Assembly: GCA_964106915.2 (NCBI GenBank)
Contig: OZ066918.1
Strand: one strand, 5' to 3'
DNA: 64,000 nucleotides
Source: Podarcis gaigeae
Taxonomy: Eukaryota
Shown here piece by piece: positions 59,758-64,000 of this stretch. The stretch's first letter is position 1. Every line of letters starts with the position of its first letter. Under the pieces are notes generated by a model. It was not told the DNA's origin and ran no database searches. It was given only the letters and a program-made list of their open reading frames with translations. Both the position numbers and the translations under genes were made by a program.

Positions 59758-62700
59758 TGCCCCTCACCCTAAGGTCTCATGGCCAGTTACAACAAAAGAT
59801 TCCTGTATTGTAGAGGGGTGGACTAGGCGGTCCTTGTGGTCCCTTCCAACGCTGTGATTTTAAATGTTAAAAGCAGTTTAAAACAATTTGCAGTCACAAA
59901 GTAAGGTAAACCCTAAAAAATGTACTTCAAGTGTCTAAAGACAGGGTGAAGAGGCATGTCTTCAGCATTTGCCAAAATGCTGTATAATGAAAATGCCAGA
60001 CACAACTTTATGGGGAGTTCGACTACTTAGGGGCTGCCAGAGAATGTCCACCCCCATCTGCACCCACCCCTTCAACTTGTTTTCAATACGTTTTCAATAA
60101 ACCTTGTGTTTTCTAACTGTAACTTTTGCATGAAAAAAATGTACAAATGTTTTCAGCTTAGAACAGTTATGTCTAAACTATGCAACACTACTGACTCTAT
60201 AGATCATTAAACGCACTCTATACATGCGCTGTTAAAAAGCAGTTCTTGCTTTTATGGTTGTTTAACCTGAGCGTTTGGGGTGGCTGATCATGGTATAGAC
60301 CTTTGAGGAGTAAAATTAGGGGTGGGAGTGCAAATTGATCACAAGCAACTCAGAAAGGTCAAGTCTTGCTGAGCACCTGTGCATCACTGCCACGTCCTTA
60401 TTGTGATTTAAATAGTAAGTCAAAACAGCGGTTTGCAAATGTGGGGATAATGTGCCTGTAAATTATTTATGATGAAATCCGATGGCTGAAATTTGCTTTT
60501 CAGATTGAAGAAAGTCTCTCATGGGGAAGGCCAACATCTTCACTGGGAAACACTATTCCATAAAGAACAATCCAAGGCTGAAAGTGTATTTTGCCTTTGT
60601 ACAACACAACCAGCCCCCTCTAGTGGTATGGGTCTCCCAGTTACAAAGCCTATATTATGAATATTTGCATATTAAATACAAAATTCAAAAGATGCAACAC
60701 AGCTTGAATATATTTACCTTTTTCAATGTAAGTAAAATTGGTACGGACAAACATTTTATTTGTACCTCGATGCAAATCTGGGGAGGCATCATAACCAAAA
60801 TGTTAAGTGTCGTGAAAATAAAGCACTAAATGCACTACAAACAGGCAGACACCTCCAGCTAGATGTTCATTTTCCAGGTAGTCCTTTTTGAAATACATCT
60901 CAGAGATTCTAAAACCCTGAAAGTCATTTTCCTTACTTGACTACGATACAGCTCCTCTAAGTCAGCTACAGTCTTAATGCATTTGGATCTGCAGATCTCT
61001 TCCTCTGTGAACTTCTGAATGGCCGGATGAACCTTCTGAACTCTACCCAGTCGCAGAAAACCTACTTTGAACTTTGCCAGCTTCAGAAGGATATTGTCAA
61101 CTGCAGTGTGAGTAAAGCTAGTTAAGAGAACACTGAAGCCACAAGCATAAAGAATTCGGACCTAAATGTGGGAAAGGAGACAAAGGAGGGGTGCATTAAT
61201 TTGCATTTTCGTACAAGTCACAGACATTGATCAAAGTGTGGGGGAGGCCCAATCACTACTGCCCATGCATTCAACACACATAGGAAGGGGATTTACGTGT
61301 ATCAATGTTTGTGCAGAGATATTCCGTATGAAGCGGGATCCTGGCCCAATCAGGATTTCTCCAATAAAGTGTATTAGAGCTCTATGTCCAAATGTAAACA
61401 TGCACAAAGCCCCTTCCTATGCATGCCAAACACAGCTGGCGAGGGGTATATACGAGTGCTGGGTACACCCAAGCCCATCTAGCTGCCCTGACACACTTCT
61501 TAAGACACATGGGGGGTGTCATTTGACACACCCTCCCGTATTAATAGACTAGTAGTTAAGTACTTGATTTACACCAGTGGAAATCCGGAGTGCAGATTTG
61601 TGGCTTTGAAACATTCGCTCTTCAGAGAGCACATTTTCCTAACACGCCATATATAATATCTACATTAAGCATATAACTGCCTGAGCAGAGTTTGTTTTTT
61701 AATGAAACTTCTTACAAATCACATTTTGGGTGTTTCAGTCATTACAGTCCTATGGTCTGCATGCACAAAATTCATTAACACCATTTTTTCAAATGTTCCC
61801 TCTTTCCGGAATCTTACCAGAGCACATATTGTGGTGGTCTTTCCTGTCCCAGGCATCCCGACAATGAGTGTGTAATCCTTTGAAAGAAGCACTTGTTTCA
61901 TTGCTTGTTTCTGGGGTTTATTAAGGCCTTTGATTTATGGGGGGAAAATAAGTGAATACAGTAAGTTCTCTGCCTTCATTTTAAACATAATTACCTGGAC
62001 CTGGGGGACTATTGAGGTACCTATTTTACAATATCAAAAGATTAGCTATATTTTCATGTACTGGGGCAGAATACACAGTTCAATCCTATGCACCTTTACC
62101 CAGCTAGTTCCACTAAGTTCAGTAAGGGTTGCTCCAGGTAAATGCGCATAGGATTATAACCTGATTAAGAAGTGTAAGGTAGGTCATCTTATTCATGCTT
62201 TGCTTGGAAGTCCCATAACTTCCTGCTACATCAATTAATACTCTAGAGAAGAAGCCTGCTACAAATTTGGTATTGGCTTCAAAATTCGTTGACCCCACAT
62301 TTTAAACCTGGGCCTCTAAGCAGCAACTCAGTTTCAGCTAAAAATTGCCTCCAGGCAACCAGGCAAGGAAACCTATGGAAACAAAATAACTTCATTTCTT
62401 CTTTAAGGCAATCCATATGCCACAAACGACTAGCAAAAAGTCTCAACAGCAAAATTATCTTTTGTTGACTAGTTTGCAAAGTTTTGAACGTGAACATTAC
62501 TGCAGCAGAGCACATCTTGAAAAGTCAACAGAAAACTTCCATTAAGTTTGGGATAAGGCATGCCACCACGAAGAGCTGTTAAGCATGCATTGGTTCTTTG
62601 TTTGCTTTGAGGTAAAATTCAGAATACTTCTTCAGCTTAGAAAGCTTCAGTCTCTCAATGAATTCAACAATCCTCCTCTAACCACATGGGAAGCTGCCTT

Positions 62701-64000
62701 CCCTGACATACAGTACTCTTTAGGAAGAGAAATCACACACACCTGCATGACATTCACTGAAAGGAGAACCAAGCTTGGGTTTGGGTTCATATTCCAGCTC
62801 AGCCACAGACTCTCTAAATAATAGACCAGAGTGAGTTTTTAATGAATTGTGTATAGTGTTTTTAACTTTTGATTGGTTTACGTATTTTATATAATTAGCC
62901 CTGGGGCCCTGTGACAAAAGGGAGGGATATGAATTATACAGATAAAAGTACCAATCTTATTGAGAGTCATCACCTGTTTTTACAAGCCCAGGCTTTGGGA
63001 TTTGCCAGGCTACAAAACCGCAGAAACAGTATTTCATTCTTACTCCAGCAAAGAAAGTATTTATAGAGCTTCAGCAAATGAGCATTATTTTATCTTTCAG
63101 TGAGCTGATTCTTTGAAAATGCATGGCATCCAGTGTCTTAAATTTTCAGTCACAAGGTTTTCCACTGAATCTCTAGGCAGGAAATCCAATTTTCTAATAT
63201 AACCAGACCTTAATAGGGTTTTTTAAAATAAAAAAATGCATCTATTGTACCTTTTAGAATGTTCGCAACAGTTTCCTTTGCTTCTGGAGGAAGGACAGAG
63301 CTCAAATGTTGGATGAACTGTGGTTTCTGAAAGTCTATTATTAAATTACGAAGCCTTTCACTGAAAGGAAAGATTGAGAGGGAAAGGAATAAACAAAAAT
63401 TGAAAACACATTTCTAGAAATGTTAGGCATGGAAGGAAGATAAATTTGAACAGACCTTGCAGGAGAATTTCCCATCAATTTAGAAAGGTTTCCTAATGGA
63501 GCATCTGTGCCAAAAGCTCCTTCTTCATGGTCTAACCTAAATATAGTGTCTTTCGGGATATGTGACAAGTTCCTGGAAGGCAGGAAAAAAGTTATCACTC
63601 AGATTCTAAGACCCTGAGTATTAGAAAATATACTGAGAAGTCTTTCCCAAACTGGTGCCCGCCAGATGTTTCCCAAACTGGTGTCCTCCCATCACCCCTG
63701 ACCATGCTGTCTAGAGCTAATGGCAGCTGTAATTCAAAACATGCTGAGGGCACCAGGTTGGATAGGGAGGCAATGGTCATTTCCCAGTTGCAAGTACCTG
63801 CAGCAGGGAGACAAAGGCCACTCTAACTGCATGCATTTGTATAATACATGTTCGACACAAGAACAACATGTTATTACATGTTATTACATGAACTCTCCTG
63901 ACAAGTAAAGCACTATGTTACCTATCCAATAAGCAAGAGATTTTGGAGCCGTTGACCTGTTGCACATAACCAATTGCCAAGCCAAGCAAAGTGCTGTCCG
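55830..64000 (-). CDS. DNA2: DNA replication ATP-dependent helicase/nuclease DNA2, C-terminal SF1B helicase part (5' part lies outside the window)
   Basis: Exons on the minus strand: 63922-64000 (partial), 63456-63572, 63251-63360, 61818-61927 (Walker A GMPGTGKT), 60937-61161 ([12 protein letters not shown]), 59487-59680 ([17 protein letters not shown]), 59305-59394 (QYRMN), 59025-59217, 58357-58446, 57646-57828 ([18 protein letters not shown]), 56352-56498 ([11 protein letters not shown]), 55830-55886 ([18 protein letters not shown]). Phases are consistent. Confidence 0.97.
55887..56351 (-). other. DNA2: U12-type (minor spliceosome) AT-AC intron, last intron of DNA2
   Basis: 5' splice site ATATCCTTT starting at 56351. 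Branch point CCCTTAAC (55896-55903) lies 9 nt from the AC 3' end (55888-55887). Splicing here restores the reading frame. Confidence 0.93.
56624..56998 (+). mobile_element. 5'-truncated L1-type LINE with poly(A) in a DNA2 intron
   Basis: Perfect 20-bp TSD CAGAAGAAGGTAGCAATCTG at 56604-56623 and 56999-57018. Begins with an ORF2-end-like [11 protein letters not shown] and ends with AATAAA plus an A-tail. Confidence 0.85.
59700..59755. repeat. (TAT)n microsatellite of about 18 units, forming the tail of an inverted L2 fragment
   Basis: Perfect trinucleotide run followed by L2 3'-like sequence to about 60050, with a nested CR1-tail piece at about 59800-59860. Confidence 0.9.

Overview
Eukaryotic vertebrate DNA, almost certainly from a squamate and probably a lacertid lizard (full-length Sauria SINE, Squam3-like SINE, squamate hAT/Tigger MITEs). 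It carries the conserved gene block PBLD(-), HNRNPH3(+), RUFY2(-), DNA2(-), syntenic with human 10q21.3. Exon structures were reconstructed by hand. PBLD has 9 coding exons (867 nt, 288 aa). HNRNPH3 has 8 visible coding exons; the 139-nt RRM exon is inferred to lie in the 220-N gap. RUFY2 has 18 coding exons (1821 nt, 606 aa) plus an alternative terminal exon giving a FYVE-less isoform. The last 12 exons of DNA2 are present. PBLD and HNRNPH3 share a bidirectional CpG-island promoter. Most interesting observations: a U12-type AT-AC terminal intron in DNA2; the RUFY2 FYVE-less terminal exon; a second RUFY2 promoter and first exon whose in-frame ORF is broken by a single TAG; an in-frame N-terminal extension of RUFY2; a candidate HNRNPH3 autoregulatory splicing module (G-runs, skip-induced PTC overlapping ATGATG, dual 5' splice sites, intronic hairpin); and young TSD-flanked L1 and SINE insertions. 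I found no evidence for a wholly new biological system. Almost all ORFs in the supplied track are spurious or are exon read-throughs.
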